Origin: Chiloscyllium plagiosum
Taxonomy: Eukaryota
Reading direction: 5' to 3'
Assembly (NCBI RefSeq): GCF_004010195.1
Contig: NC_057751.1
Coordinates: 18,739,543-18,803,542 of the forward strand
DNA length: 64,000 bases
Both the position numbers and the translations under genes were made by a program. Under the pieces are notes generated by a model that was given only the letters and a program-made list of their open reading frames with translations, ran no database searches and was not told the origin of the DNA. This document shows, one piece after another, positions 13,110 to 26,188 of the stretch (position 1 is the stretch's first letter; each line of letters opens with the position of its first letter).

Positions 13110-14490
13110 TAGGATACATACAAATTCTTCAGTGTATGCTTTTTTGGATATGACTGCTGTAGTTTTTCATCTTTCTGTTGCAATTCAGTTAATTTCCACT
13201 TCTCAGTTCTTTCTCTCCACAACTATTTGATACAACATGATCTCTAATAATTCCACTTCAACCTCCTTATCTTCATTCTTTGTTTTATTTCCCTGCTTCA
13301 GCCAGTGGCTTTCAGATCTTGATCACACACAGTCAGGAAAAAGGAAATCCAGGGTATACTTCTTATAACACCTCAGTTGCCTGATTTTCTACTCACTTTT
13401 CAACAACAGTAGGCTTTATTCCTACCTGTGATCCAACTATATCGTGACCGAGGATAACTTGGATTCTTGGAATCGAGAATTGCCATATTATTCCTAAAAT
13501 CACTTGACTGCTTTCACACGACTTGCTTCCCTATTTTATACAATTGACCATTTTTCATCTCATCATGAATTCCACTTCATTTCGGGCAAATGTCCTTCTG
13601 AATATGCTTCTCCCAATTTCTCACCAACAAAGATCGACTTGTTACCATATCTCTTAAAATTTTAATTTCTTTGCCTTCTCCTCCTGGCATATTAGAGTAA
13701 ACTGTACCCTCACAATTAAAGTTTTAAAGAGATCTGCGATTTTCTTATCCAACAATCCATGATCAGGTTAAACGTTCAGGTGCAGATGTTTTTCGCTTCC
13801 ACTGTACTTTCTTTTGCAACTTCGACAGTATCATGTTTGCTCACATCCATCTTCGCAGTGCTTTCTCTGAAGCCCTATGACTTCTTGTGGCCTATCTGGT
13901 AGCAATGAAACCATTTGCGTTTTTTTTTAATTCTCTTTCCCCCTTCATAGCTTTTCTTTCAGCCATGTGGCAAACTCTTCGTGCAGACTTCAATGAGATC
14001 TCCTTTTCCTTTACCACCCGAGGATTTCTCTTTTCCCCAATTTCCATCTCTCAGAAACTCGTCCAAAGTAACCATCTTTCGAAGAACGTCAAGTGTTTGA
14101 TTTGCATTTAAATGATCTTATCCAAACATCAAAAATACTTTGGTTGATCCTTCAAACTATAATACATTTGGCAAATACTTCTCCTTTGTGTTCTTAAAAA
14201 TTGGCTTAATCGTCTCATGCGAGCTCATATACACTTAAGATAGCATTTCTCAACTCTTTCTACTGCCCAGATATTACGTTGAGAGTGTTGCCATTACATT
14301 ACTAGCTCGGTTTATCAACTTTGTGTGCAACAACAATATCCACATGGTCAAAGGCTCAATGGTCACATAGTCAATTGCTCAATTGAAATGACAAAATTAT
14401 TCCGAGACTTTGTCTCAAATGAAATGAAAAAAAAGCTCCTAATCCTTCTCGTTGAAACTAGGCAGTGCTTGCACATATTTAAACAGAAAG
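13110..14490 (-). mobile_element. Gmr1-like Gypsy LTR-retrotransposon fossil (gag, Zn knuckle, aspartic protease)
   Basis: The - strand carries, in order, FKYVQALPSFNEKD..FFISFE, ELRNAILSVYEL, KWFHCYQIGHKK (decayed CCHC) and GKEIKILRDMVTSRS (decayed LRDTG). Many stops and frameshifts. Confidence 0.7.
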
Positions 14491-16805
14491 ACAAAAGTGA
14501 GGACTGCAAACTCAGGAGATTAGAACGAAGAACAAAGAATAAAGAAAATTTACAGCCCAGGAACAGGCCCTTCAGCCATCCAAACCTGATCCGATCCAAA
14601 TCCACTGCCCTAACCTATCGCCCAATACCTAAGCATCTGTATCCCTCTGCTCCTCAACTATTCATGCAACTGTTCAGACGCACCTTAAATAAATCTACCG
14701 TGCCTGCCTCTCCTACTTCTGCTGGCAACGCGTTCCAGGCACCGACCACCCTCTGTGTAAAGCTGTTGCAGTGTACACACACGTTAAACTTTTCCCCTCT
14801 CACCTTGAACCCGTGACCTCTCGTTTCTGAATCCCTGACCCTGGGAAAAAGCTTATCTCTATCAACCCTGTCTGTACCGATTTTGTAAACCTCAATCAGG
14901 TCCCCCCCTCCCATCTCCTTTTTTGCTAACGAAAACAATCCTAATCAACTCAACCGCTCTTCATAGCGAGCACTTTCCATACCAGGTAATATCCTTGTAA
15001 ACCTTCTCTGCACCCTCTCCAAAGCATCCACATCCTTTTGGTAATGTGCCGACCAGAACTGTATACAGTATTTTGAATGCGGCCGAACCAAAATCCTGTA
15101 CAATTTTAACATGACCTGCCAGCTCTGATACTCAATACGCCGTCCGATGAAGGCAGGCATACCATATGCCTTCTACACAGCTCTATCCACCTGTGGAGCC
15201 ACCTTCGGAGTACAATGGACGTGAACTCCCAGATCTCTCTGCTCACAACTTTTCCCAAGGCTCTTCCGTTTACAGCATCGTTCACTCTAGAATTAAACGT
15301 CCTAAAATAGGACATAGAACATAGAACATTACTGCGCAGTAGAGACCCTTCGGCCCTCAATGATGCGCCGATCTGTCATACCAATCTGAAAGCCATCTAA
15401 CCTACACTATTCCATGTACGTCCATATCCTTGTCCAATGGCGACTTAAATGTACTTAAAGTTGGCGAATCTACTACCATTGCAGGCAAAGCATTCCATAC
15501 TGTTGCTACTCTCTGAGTAAAGAACTTACCTCCGATACCTGCTCTGTATCTATCACAAATGCATCCCCTCATATTTCCCTGGATTGAACTCCATCTGCCA
15601 CGTCTCCGCCAAACTCTCCCTTCTATCTATATCCTTTTGTACTCTTTGATAGTCCCCATGCTTTCTGCTACTCCACTGATCTTCCTGTCATCTGTAAACT
15701 TACTGATCAAACCAACAATGCTCTCTTCCGGATCACTTATGTCTATTAGAAACAACAGCAGACCCAGCACTGATCCGTGTAGAACAACGCTGGTCACCTT
15801 TCTCCACTTCGAGAATCTCCTTTCAACTACTACTCTCTGTCTCCTGTTGCTCAACCAGTTCTTTATCCACTTAGCTAGAACACCCTGCATACCACGTGAC
15901 TTGACTTTCTCCATTACTTTACCAGTGCGAACCTTATCAAACGCCTTACTGAATTCAATGTATATGACATCCCACTTCCCTCATCTATCAACTTGGTCAC
16001 TTCCTCAAAGAACTCTATTAAGTTGGCGATCTACCCCGCACAAAACCATGTTGCCTATCACTGATAAGCCCATTCATTTCCAAGTATAGATAGATATTAT
16101 CTCTTCAGTACCTTCTCCAGCAACTTTCCCACTGCTGACGTCACGCTCACCGGTCTGTAGTTACCTAGAATATTCCTACTAACTTTCTTGTGCAGTGGGA
16201 CACATGAACAACCTTCCAGACATCCGACACCTCACCTGTGTTTAAGGATTCTACAAAGATAGCTGGTGGGCCCCAGATATTTCCTCTCTCGCTCTATCTC
16301 AGCAACTTGGGATAAATCCCTTCTGGTGCTGGGGATTTGTCCATCTTAGTATCCTCTCGGCTACCCAACAAATCTTCCCTCCTTATGTCAACCTGATCCA
16401 GAATAAACAAACTTCTACCTCTAATCTCAACATTTATCACCTCCTGTTTCTCAGTGAACACTGATGCCAAGTAATCGTTGAGAATCTCACCAATTTCTCA
16501 GTTTTGTCACACAACCTTCCTTCCTAATCCTTTAATGGACCAACCTTTTCTGGGGGAACCTTCTTGCTTCTTATATAAGAATAAAATGTCTTGGGATTCT
16601 CCCTAATTCTGCTCGCCAAAGCTATTTCTGGACCCCTTTTAGCCCATTTGATTCCTCTTTTAAGAATGATCCTAATCTCCCGATATTCCTACAAGGTCCA
16701 TTCTGTTTTTAAGGAGAAAGTGAGGTCTGCAGATGCTGGAGATCAAAGTTGAAACTTTATTGCTGGAACAGCACAGCAGGTCAGGCAGCATCCAGGGAAC
16801 AGGAG

Positions 16806-16841
16806 ATTCGACGTTTCGGGTACAGGCCCTTCTTCAGGAAT
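16806..16841 (-). ncRNA. Minimal type I hammerhead ribozyme motif
   Basis: Reverse complement reads attc-CTGAAGA-aGGGcctgtaCCC-GAAA-cg-TC-gaat. Confidence 0.75.
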
Positions 16842-16843
16842 GA

Positions 16844-17802
16844 NNNNNNNNNNNNNNNNNNNNNNNNNNNNNNNNNNNNNNNNNNNNNNNNNNNNNNNNN
16901 NNNNNNNNNNNNNNNNNNNNNNNNNNNNNNNNNNNNNNNNNNNNNNNNNNNNNNNNNNNNNNNNNNNNNNNNNNNNNNNNNNNNNNNNNNNNNNNNNNNN
17001 NNNNNNNNNNNNNNNNNNNNNNNNNNNNNNNNNNNNNNNNNNNNNNNNNNNNNNNNNNNNNNNNNNNNNNNNNNNNNNNNNNNNNNNNNNNNNNNNNNNN
17101 NNNNNNNNNNNNNNNNNNNNNNNNNNNNNNNNNNNNNNNNNNNNNNNNNNNNNNNNNNNNNNNNNNNNNNNNNNNNNNNNNNNNNNNNNNNNNNNNNNNN
17201 NNNNNNNNNNNNNNNNNNNNNNNNNNNNNNNNNNNNNNNNNNNNNNNNNNNNNNNNNNNNNNNNNNNNNNNNNNNNNNNNNNNNNNNNNNNNNNNNNNNN
17301 NNNNNNNNNNNNNNNNNNNNNNNNNNNNNNNNNNNNNNNNNNNNNNNNNNNNNNNNNNNNNNNNNNNNNNNNNNNNNNNNNNNNNNNNNNNNNNNNNNNN
17401 NNNNNNNNNNNNNNNNNNNNNNNNNNNNNNNNNNNNNNNNNNNNNNNNNNNNNNNNNNNNNNNNNNNNNNNNNNNNNNNNNNNNNNNNNNNNNNNNNNNN
17501 NNNNNNNNNNNNNNNNNNNNNNNNNNNNNNNNNNNNNNNNNNNNNNNNNNNNNNNNNNNNNNNNNNNNNNNNNNNNNNNNNNNNNNNNNNNNNNNNNNNN
17601 NNNNNNNNNNNNNNNNNNNNNNNNNNNNNNNNNNNNNNNNNNNNNNNNNNNNNNNNNNNNNNNNNNNNNNNNNNNNNNNNNNNNNNNNNNNNNNNNNNNN
17701 NNNNNNNNNNNNNNNNNNNNNNNNNNNNNNNNNNNNNNNNNNNNNNNNNNNNNNNNNNNNNNNNNNNNNNNNNNNNNNNNNNNNNNNNNNNNNNNNNNNN
17801 NN
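16844..17802. other. Assembly gap (959 N)
   Basis: Run of N. Confidence 1.
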
Positions 17803-17895
17803 CTTGACCTCTTTCCACCTATCTGATTTCCAACGCCCCTCCTCCAAGTCCCTCCTCCCTACCTTTTATCTTCTCCTGCTGAACACTCTCTGCTC

Positions 17896-17931
17896 ATTCC
17901 TGAAGAAGGGCCTGTGCCCGAAACGTCGAAT
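17896..17931 (+). ncRNA. Minimal type I hammerhead ribozyme motif
   Basis: attc-CTGAAGA-aGGGcctgtgCCC-GAAA-cg-TC-gaat: stem I, core, stem II and a 1-bp stem III forming an ACGT palindrome. Predicted cleavage after 17927. Confidence 0.75.
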
Positions 17932-18716
17932 CTCCTGTTCCCTGGATGCTGCCTGACCTGCTGTGATGTTCCAGCAATAAAGTTCCATTCTGTTTTTAGT
18001 TGCCTGGACTTTATGTGCGCTTTCCTTTTCCTTTTGGCTAGTCGAACGATTTCTCCTATCATCCATGGTTCACGAATCTTGCCTTTCCTATCTCTCGTTT
18101 TCAAAGGGACATGCCCATCCTGCACTGTCTCCAACTTATCTTAGAAAGCCTCCCACATACCAAATGTGGACAATCCCTATTTCATGCCAAATTTTGATGT
18201 AATTGGCATTGGCCCAATTTAGTATTCGTCCCCTATCTGGAATATCTGTCTACGAGTATTGTAAAACTTACAGAATTGTGGTCACTATTCCCAAAGAAAT
18301 CCCCCAATGCAACTTTTACAACCTGACCAGGCTCATCCTCCAACACCAGTTTCAATATGGCCACTTCCCTTGTAGGACTAGTGACTTACTGCTGTAGAAA
18401 ACTCTCATGGATGCTGTTTACAAACTTTGCCCCATCCAGAGATCTGACACTAAGTGTATCCCAGTCAATGTTGGTAAAAATAAAATCTCCCATCATCACC
18501 ACCCTGTTGCCTCTACATCTTTCATAATCTGATGTCCTATTGGATCTTCTACCTCACGCTACAGCCCCACCAATGTAAATTCACCCTTCTTATTTCTCAG
18601 CTCCACCCATAATGATTCATTGCTCAAGTCCTCCATATTGTCATCCTTTAGGACAGCCGTGACCAGCAGTACAACTCCTCCCCACCCACCCCCCCCCCCC
18701 ACACCATTTTATTTCC

Positions 18717-19012
18717 CAGTGGTTAGCACTGCTGCCTCACAGCGCCAGAGACCCGGGTTCAATTCCCGCCTCAGGCGACTGACTGTGTGGAGTTTGCACA
18801 TTCTCCCCGTGTCTGCGTGGGTTTCCTCCGGGTGCTCCGGTTTCCTCCCACAGTCGAAAGATGTGCAGGTCAGGTGAATTGGCCATGCTAAATTGCCCGT
18901 AGCCTTAGGTAAGGGGTACGTGTAAGGGTATGGGTGGGTTGCGCTTTGGCGGGGCGATGTGGACTTGTTGGCCTGTTTCCACACTGTAAGTAATCTAATC
19001 TAATGTAATCTA
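18717..19012 (+). mobile_element. HE1 V-SINE, young and slightly 5' truncated
   Basis: tRNA-like A/B boxes (tggttagcactgc, gggttcaattccc), V-domain and (taatc)n tail. Confidence 0.9.
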
Positions 19013-19339
19013 ATTAGTTTAAACCTCCCCAATAGCAGTAGCGAAAACTTCCACAAGACCATTAGTGCAAGTCTGGTTCAAGTGTAGACAGTCCAATTTG
19101 TAATACTTCCACTTTCACCAGAACCGTTCCCAATGTCGCATAAATCTGAACCACTCCCTCCTACACCGTCCCTCAAGCCATGTGTTCATCCTTCCTATCT
19201 ATTTAAATGTATGGGGATTTGAAGCGTGGGAAAATATGGAGTCCTTTTCAGTTCCTCTTCAGCCTTTCCATCCCAGCACAGATTACCAACAATAAGTGCA
19301 AAAGGGGAAACCAGCTGTTTTCCTGGTGAAAAGCTATTC

Positions 19340-19485
19340 GAATGGTGTCCATCTTTGTCTGTATGTATGGGATCTAGTGATAGTAGGTGGTGTCTTTTCG
19401 TGGCCAGTTGGTGTTCATGGATCTTGGTGGCAAGTTTCCTGCTAGTTTGTCCGATGTAGTGTTTTTATAGTTCTTGTGTGATATC
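19340..19485 (-). mobile_element. Penelope GIY-YIG endonuclease fragment
   Basis: The - strand encodes HYIGQTSRKLATKIHEHQLATKRHHLLSLDPIHTDKDGHH. Confidence 0.7.
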
Positions 19486-20510
19486 CATTAGATACCACCC
19501 GCGAAACTAAGGCTATCTACAAAATATCATGTTTTTTTTTTCTGTGGTTTTACAGTGTTTAGGTCACTTGGCTTCAGTTTACACTCATTTTCTTGTTTAA
19601 TACTTTAACCATCAGAAGGCGTGCACTTGCTAACAGAATTCACATGGGTCTCAGAGTTCAAAGGAATGAGAGACTTAGAAACTCAGAAATGGAAAAGTGG
19701 AAGAAATCCAAAATTTTGTTGTTCACTGCATCAGTCAGTTTTGAGTTACTATGGTTGACTCATGTCCTGCACTCATGTGCAAAATTGGCACATCCTAATC
19801 ATTACCGAGGGAATCGTCCAAATCATGCTTATTTGTAACTGAACCTGGAGTTTTCTTAAAGTATTTGAAAGCTCTTTGAAAATCCATGCATTTCTGCAGG
19901 GAAACAAATTAAATTCAGAAAAAAGGCGAAGGAGCTTGCAAAAACTCCCTAGATGTATATTCTGAGTTGTCCTTTAACAAAAAAGAGGTTGAACAAGAAA
20001 ATTCTAGTCGTGCAAAATATTGTTAATTCTCAAATTCATAACATTCTATTCCAGAAATTATTTTTCCTCGGCTGTGAAAAAAGGTATTTTTTTGTATCTT
20101 TTACATTTTTCTGGTTGGCTAATATATAGTTGAAGTGCCTATCGTCTTCTCTTCTCATTTTTTTCCCTTGAGTAACGATAGTCCATCAAATGTAGCTTGC
20201 TTGAATTTAAGGAATACAAGGTGAAATGATACATTATAGCCCTATTGTCAGGTCGTTCGGCATGAGAGGAATTCAGAATGTCTGCTGGTGTTGAACTGGT
20301 TTACAATCTTAATACATTTGGTCAGAAATCAATCCATCGATCACGTTTGCACTCCCAATTTCGAACATTGTCCTGAAAGTAGGAGGAGATGTCTCGAATG
20401 AACAAGATTCCTCATTAGTAAATAGAATGAGGATCATGTAAAGTGACGTGTGCTCAATTGGAGGAGATAATCCATTCTCGTTTGTTCAATCTGACACCTG
20501 AGTTATTTTG

Positions 20511-20640
20511 GAGGAAGTGAGGACTGAAGATGCTGGAGATCAGAGCTGAAAAATGTGTTGCTGGAAAAGCGCAGCAGGTTAGGCAGCATCCAAGGAGCAG
20601 GAGAATCGACGTTTCGGGCATAAGCCCTTCTTCAGGAATC
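20511..20640 (-). mobile_element. 130-bp Penelope-tail insertion consisting of a hammerhead motif plus 3' tail
   Basis: 10-bp TSD AGTTATTTTG (20501-20510, 20641-20650). The - strand starts gattc-CTGAAGA-aGGGCttatGCCC-GAAA-cgTC-gattc. Confidence 0.75.
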
Positions 20641-23600
20641 AGTTATTTTGCCTGCAACGGAATCTTACAGCTAAGAATTTATACTCATCATGCAGCAGAG
20701 ATGATATTTGAAATGGATAAACACATGCAGCTGTCTCTGTTATGAGATGTGCTAAACTTCAACAATGCAGGCATTTGTATTCAATTCGTTTGAAATGTTT
20801 CTCAGTGTTTGCACAGCCTAGAATCAATGTATTATAGAATCATACACAAGAGGATATTTAGCACACTATGCACTAATAAAAGAAAACTGCTCTCATTTTG
20901 CATTTGTCCCACTTCGCAGAATTTGGCCACCACCCTTGAATGTTATGACATTTGAAGTACTCAGCCACGAACATTTTAAAGGTTGAGAGGTTTACCCACC
21001 TCAAACAATCGATGGGAATTCGATGAAACCCAAGGTTATACTCAATATATTTTCTAATCACGCTGCTTAGAGTTGCCATTAAACTAATCTGGACTACATG
21101 GGATTTTAAAATAGATCTCCTAGTTAGAGATGGAGAACTACCATTACACCAAAAGACAATGCCTCGTTTGGAAATTTATTCAATGAGGGAAATACAGTGA
21201 GATATAAAAAATTTCAAATTTGACACAATTGAAAGTTAAGAAGAAACAAGAGAAACTGTGAAGTTTGTTATGCCCGTTATTGCTTGTTGGATAGAAATAT
21301 AGTACGTACCAACTATTTGTTTCGTGTTTTATGAAAATCGTTAAGAATTTGGAGAATTTTGGATGGTTTTAAGGCGAGTACATGCTACAATGTGTCGACA
21401 CACGTGGCAGGATTACCCGTCTTTGAGACAATTGGAGACTGTACTTTACGACAAAAATTTGATTACTCTCAAAAGTCCTGATGCACTATGGAACAAAATT
21501 ACCCAAGAACTTTAAATTTCTCACAGACAATTATCTACATCATGACCGATTCAAAGAATGTCCCAATTATCAGTCAATGGTACAGACTTTTGAGTATAGT
21601 CAATTACGTAAACACTCGGCCTAACAAAGGTGAGAGAGCGTGGAACCACTCTTCATTTGGAATAACTAAGGACGTGTCCTCATCACTAGTCATTGACACT
21701 AATATTTCACCCACATTGATGCACAAACTGATCTCGCTGTCCTCTCCTCCGAGTGTACGCCTGGTAAGCTCGCAAAATAGACCACATGATGGCTCGGCAC
21801 ATGAAAAAGCTCACACTGTCACCCAATGTACATGTGATTTTTATTTTGTGTGTGTCATTCACTTAGTATTCCACATCATCACCAACCTGGCACCTTGCAC
21901 CTTTAAATGCCAACTACATAATGCACTAATCCAAACAGTACCCTTCTCCAAACCCCACTTAAATTATCTTAGTTATTTCAAAGTCTCTTAAACGTGGAAA
22001 ACCACAATGAAAGTTGTAGCATTTCCAAGGACATGGTTTTAAAAGGTTCATCCTGACAGACCCCGCAAAGTTTGTAGGCATGCATATTGTGATTCAGAAG
22101 GGACGTGCTTTTCGCATAATTTGCTGTACGTTAGATGGGTAATAGGCATTCTGATCCATATTGGAATATTGGAAGCAAGCATTTACGTATTATCTCTCCA
22201 GATCTTGAAAGAACTGAAATATTCAGATTTAAAATAGATACCAAGAGAGAATCTATTTGCTTATTGTAGGTTGTTGGATGTCGCTGTAATTGGCACTTGT
22301 CCTTTGACTCGACATTCTATTGTACCGATTTGGACAATCTTCAATTAGTAGACCTAAAATAATAAACAAAATGTCAAATTTATCAGTATTTTAATAATCA
22401 TTTCAGAGTGAGAACAACAACTACAAAAATGCTTTAAAGCGAATCATTAAAACGTTTTCGAGACAGGCCGACCAAGAATCACAAACTGATAGCACAAATT
22501 GAAACTGTAAAGTGAGTGATATTAAACCATATCAAAACCTCACAACGAGTAATGAATCAATGATTCTATGACGTTTTATGCCTTTATGGGAAAAAAGAAG
22601 ACTGATGATTGGTGATTTACAAAAAGCGATTCTAACTGAATATTTATGTGGTAGAATTGAAATGTGTGATTTCCTAACAGAGATAAATGAAACTTGAACA
22701 CATAAATTAAATCTTAAACATCGAGTGATAAAGCCAATCAAAGGGACACAGTGATATTTTTTCAGTAGTAAACAGATTGTGGAAAATAATATTTTGGTAA
22801 AAGAAAAGCCAGTAAGACGTTTCCAATTGGAAAGAAAATATAGAAAAAATGAGAAGCAATGAAGTATACAATGTATATGAAAAACAAATGCATGAACATG
22901 GGTGGGTGGATTATGTAATCAATGTAAAAAGGACCTGAGACGCTGCAGACAGAGAAACTGATAGAGCTTCGACGGGTTGATGAGAAGAAAAATGTATGTG
23001 AGTGGCCACACATAAATGCATGTGCAAGGTATAATCAGATATTATTAGACCTGACTGATGTGGGATTTCTGGTCTTTTGGAGACTCAGTGCTGAGGAAGT
23101 GCTACGCTGCATAGTCAGACACGCAAAACCGAACAAGAACTGCAGTTATTCAACAGTAATGAGGGAGTGCTACAACCAGAAAGCCAGGATTGAGATAGTG
23201 CTAATATGAATCAGGCAGAACTTTGGGAGTGTCGCAGTCAGATAGGCATAACGAGGGAACATGGCAGTTGAATAGCCAGCACATTGAGTGTGTAGCCATC
23301 AGAGAAGTAACGCGGACGCCTTGCATTCAGATAGCCAGTACTGAGGGAGCACATCAGTCAGAAAGGCGGTCCCTCGTTCTCTGTACTCTTTCCATATTTC
23401 TGTCATCCTCTCTTTCTTTCACACAACATTCACTTCCTTTTGTTTTTCAGAAGCAGATTCCCAGACTCAATGTTTCAGACTTCTTTTGTTTATTTGGAAA
23501 CAATGATTCACTCTACCTTTCTTTTTCTTCATGTACTTTCTCATCTTCTTCGCCACAACATTACCCCTGCTGCAAATGCGACTTGCTCTAGGAAATGTTC

Positions 23601-24254
23601 CCTGTTCAACAGCAAAAATACGATGATTATATTTGGAACGGGGCACTCAAATCGAATCGTTAAATCATACTAAGTATATAGTATCTTAACGGTTCCTACA
23701 CCTGCAGTGAATGCTGCCAATAAGATTCCGTGTTGAGAGTCAATTTATCTTCCACAATTAGATTTTGAGCTCCGACCTGCGACAATCTTTCCAATCTATC
23801 CCAGTATTGTCTTGTTTTTACATACCTCTTGTCAAAAAGAATGATTGGGAGTTTTGCGGCAGAGCAGAAGCTTTTTGTATGGAATGTATTGACAGTCATC
23901 ATGCTCCTGCAATGCATTCCACCTTCATCCTCCTTACCCTGCTTTTTTTGGGAAGAGGGTCTTGGGGATGGGATTGATTCTTAGCCTACGGAACTGAGCT
24001 CAGCATTTTCAGGGTTACATTTAAAGTTTTCGTTCACAGACCTGTTCATTTCCAACCTCGTTAATTCACACTGAATATTCAAAGGAAAACTGTTGCCTCC
24101 CTTTCCCATTCAGAAACGTAAATATATTTTACCGCTATCCATATTTGTCATTTTTGAATGATTTGCAAAGGTACTTGGTGAGTTTGCCATAGTAAATCGA
24201 TAATGAAAGTACTCCCTCCCCCAACTTCTTATATCCATGCAATAGCCCCAAATG

Positions 24255-24610
24255 TGTAAATTCTGTAAATCGTGTGAATTATTAATATCATTAATTGCCG
24301 GTTATTTCGACTGTAACTTGAAGCATTTTCATCAGGGAGGAATTGTAAACTCTACATGATCGTGTGAATGAATCGTACAGTTACATGATGATTATTTACA
24401 CTGTATATTGTAAAGCTTTCATCTGTACCAATTAGTTAACTCTGAACCAGAGCGTTAATGCACAGTGCCGTGAAATGCTGATTATTTGCACTGTACACTG
24501 AGGGGTTTTCATCAGCATGAATTTGTTAACTCTGGAGCATAGTGCGATTGAATCGTACCGTGAAATGCTGGTTTTGTACACTGTAAATTGGAGAGTTTTC
24601 GTCTGCAAGA
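24255..24610. repeat. Degenerate 90-bp tandem repeat (about 4 units) overlapping the stop codon of the left gene
   Basis: A motif like (g/a)ttattt..actgta recurs at 24301, 24391, 24481 and 24571, an exact 90-nt period. Confidence 0.8.
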
Positions 24611-24666
24611 ACTTCCTCTTCCAAAACATAGAAGAAGCCACAAGGCGCGCACAGTTTCATTAGATC
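24526..24666 (-). CDS. Saposin-like gene, left copy, probable terminal exon 5 (SapB end plus tail)
   Basis: Acceptor ...gttttgaattccaccag, phase 0. Encodes DLMKLCAPCGFFYVLEEEVLADENSPIYSVQNQHFTVRFNRTMLQS-stop, resembling the D-P-x-x-I-C end of SapB. An internal donor (ACG|gtacga near 24558) cannot be excluded. Confidence 0.65.
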   Translation of the reverse strand, partial: DLMKLCAPCGFFYVLEEEVLADENSPIYSVQNQHFTVRFNRTMLQS

Positions 24667-25269
24667 CTGGTGGAATTCAAAACATGAGAGGAATTCGTGT
24701 GTGATATAGTTTGTCATCAACACCTCCTCCCACATTTTAATGATGCTTGCCTTGAAATGTTACAGTATTTACCTTTAACAATACACAGCAACCCGTGTAA
24801 AACAATTCTTCCGCACTTCAGTCCATAATTTTCAAAGGTTCGCAAAAAGTGACATAGACATTTAGTTGTAATCAATAGTAACGCTTGCTTAGTACAGAAA
24901 CCCAGTCTAATTTTGCACATAATCTGGGGCCAAACCTGAGGAAATTTGGAGAATTTTGTGTACTTTAAAAGAGAATTGTGCCAACTCTGGAACGAAGACT
25001 GAGATTTGATTTCCAGAAAGTTACCACAGTTTGAGGCCTCGTCCTGAATTAATTTTGAAGAAGTAAAAATGGGTATTCGGGCATGGGATTGACAAAGAAT
25101 GCAGAGTCGAGAAAAATACTAACTTTGTGCTGAACATAGACATGGCACTGGAGATGGCAAAAAAAAATCCTGTCTTCCGGATCTTTACATACCCAGTTTG
25201 ATTCAGGGGAGGGTGGCATAAACTGGAGATAGCGTTTTTTTTTGTCGAGCACACGTTTGTATATTGGCC

Positions 25270-25900
25270 TGAATAAAGAAGTGGCTGATGGAGAAAAAAA
25301 AGCGAGTGGTGTTAAGCGTTTCCTTTTCAGGTTAGTGACCCGGGACCAGGGATATGCCACACAATATATGTTGATGACTTAGAGGAAGGAAGTGAATGCG
25401 CTGCAGTCAAATTTGCAAAAGACAAACAGATGGAAGTACAGACTGTGGGAGAGAAATACACAGTTTACTGAGAGACTTTAATACTTTAAATAAATGGACA
25501 AAAATTGGGCCATAAAGTATAATGTTGAGCAATGTAAAGTTTTGTTTTTCATTTTGGAAGGGGGAGCAAAGAGTATTATTTCAATGGAGAAAGACTACAA
25601 AAAAGCTGCAAAACAAAAGATATTGGCAGGACTCAGGGGAGAGTCTAAAACCAGCGAGAACTGTGTCAAAATAAAGGGTTGCCAATTCAAGACTGAGCAG
25701 AGGAGGATTTTTTTTCTAGTATTCAGATTCTAGCCATGGAAAGGTATGGTTGGGAAGGGAGGGGGCAGGGCAGAATGCATGTCTATATTTAAGGCTGAGA
25801 TTGATACGTTCTTGATCATTTGGAGAATCAAGGAGTTACAGGTAGAAACGCATAGGGAAGAGGACAGGTAGACTGACGCATCAGCAATGATCATTTTAAA
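25270..25900 (+). mobile_element. Old CR1 fragment (mirror about 63000-63650)
   Basis: IYVDDLEEGSECAAVKFAKD remnant. Confidence 0.65.
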
Positions 25901-26188
25901 TAACAAAGTCAAAACCACCTTCTTGTCTGTCGTGGTCAGACTGACGAGAAAACCTCTCAGCTATTACTGTTGGTCTTTCTCTGCACTTTCTCTGGGGCTG
26001 TAACACTATTTTCCACAATCTGATCAATTACTTTGATGTACCATGTCAGGTATGATTTGTCTGCATAACACACAAAACATTACTTTCCACAGTGTCTCTG
26101 TAAATGTGACAATAATTAAATCAAATCAAATCAAATATTCGAAAGGCATTTGAGGGGATAATCATTGAGAGGACTGTGATCTACTTAC

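Larger units (their letters stand above)
16712..17983. mobile_element. Penelope-like insertion with inverted termini and 15-bp TSD, interior mostly in a gap
   Basis: TCCATTCTGTTTTTA at 16697-16711 and 17984-17998. Sequence at about 16752-16843 is the reverse complement of about 17894-17984. Each end carries a hammerhead motif. The insertion interrupts a CR1. Confidence 0.75.
14520..19200 (-). mobile_element. Long CR1 LINE (endonuclease, RT, 3' tail) hosting nested insertions
   Basis: WIKNWLSNRRQRV, SKFTDDRKISG, RPHSKYCIQFWS and WNALPAEV. Nested elements: a CR1 tail at about 15310-15555, the Penelope-like insertion at 16712-17983 and an HE1 at 18717-19012. Confidence 0.85.

Noticed and set aside
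16749..17847. Long ORFs of 328-352 aa
   Set aside because: Artefacts of translating through the N gap.
21488..21991. 167-aa ORF
   Set aside because: No recognisable motif or splice context; likely a chance ORF.
23080..23365. Recurring cagt(a/g)ctgagggagtgct motif
   Set aside because: Highly degenerate and resembles a common shark SINE-derived minisatellite motif. No regular period could be supported.
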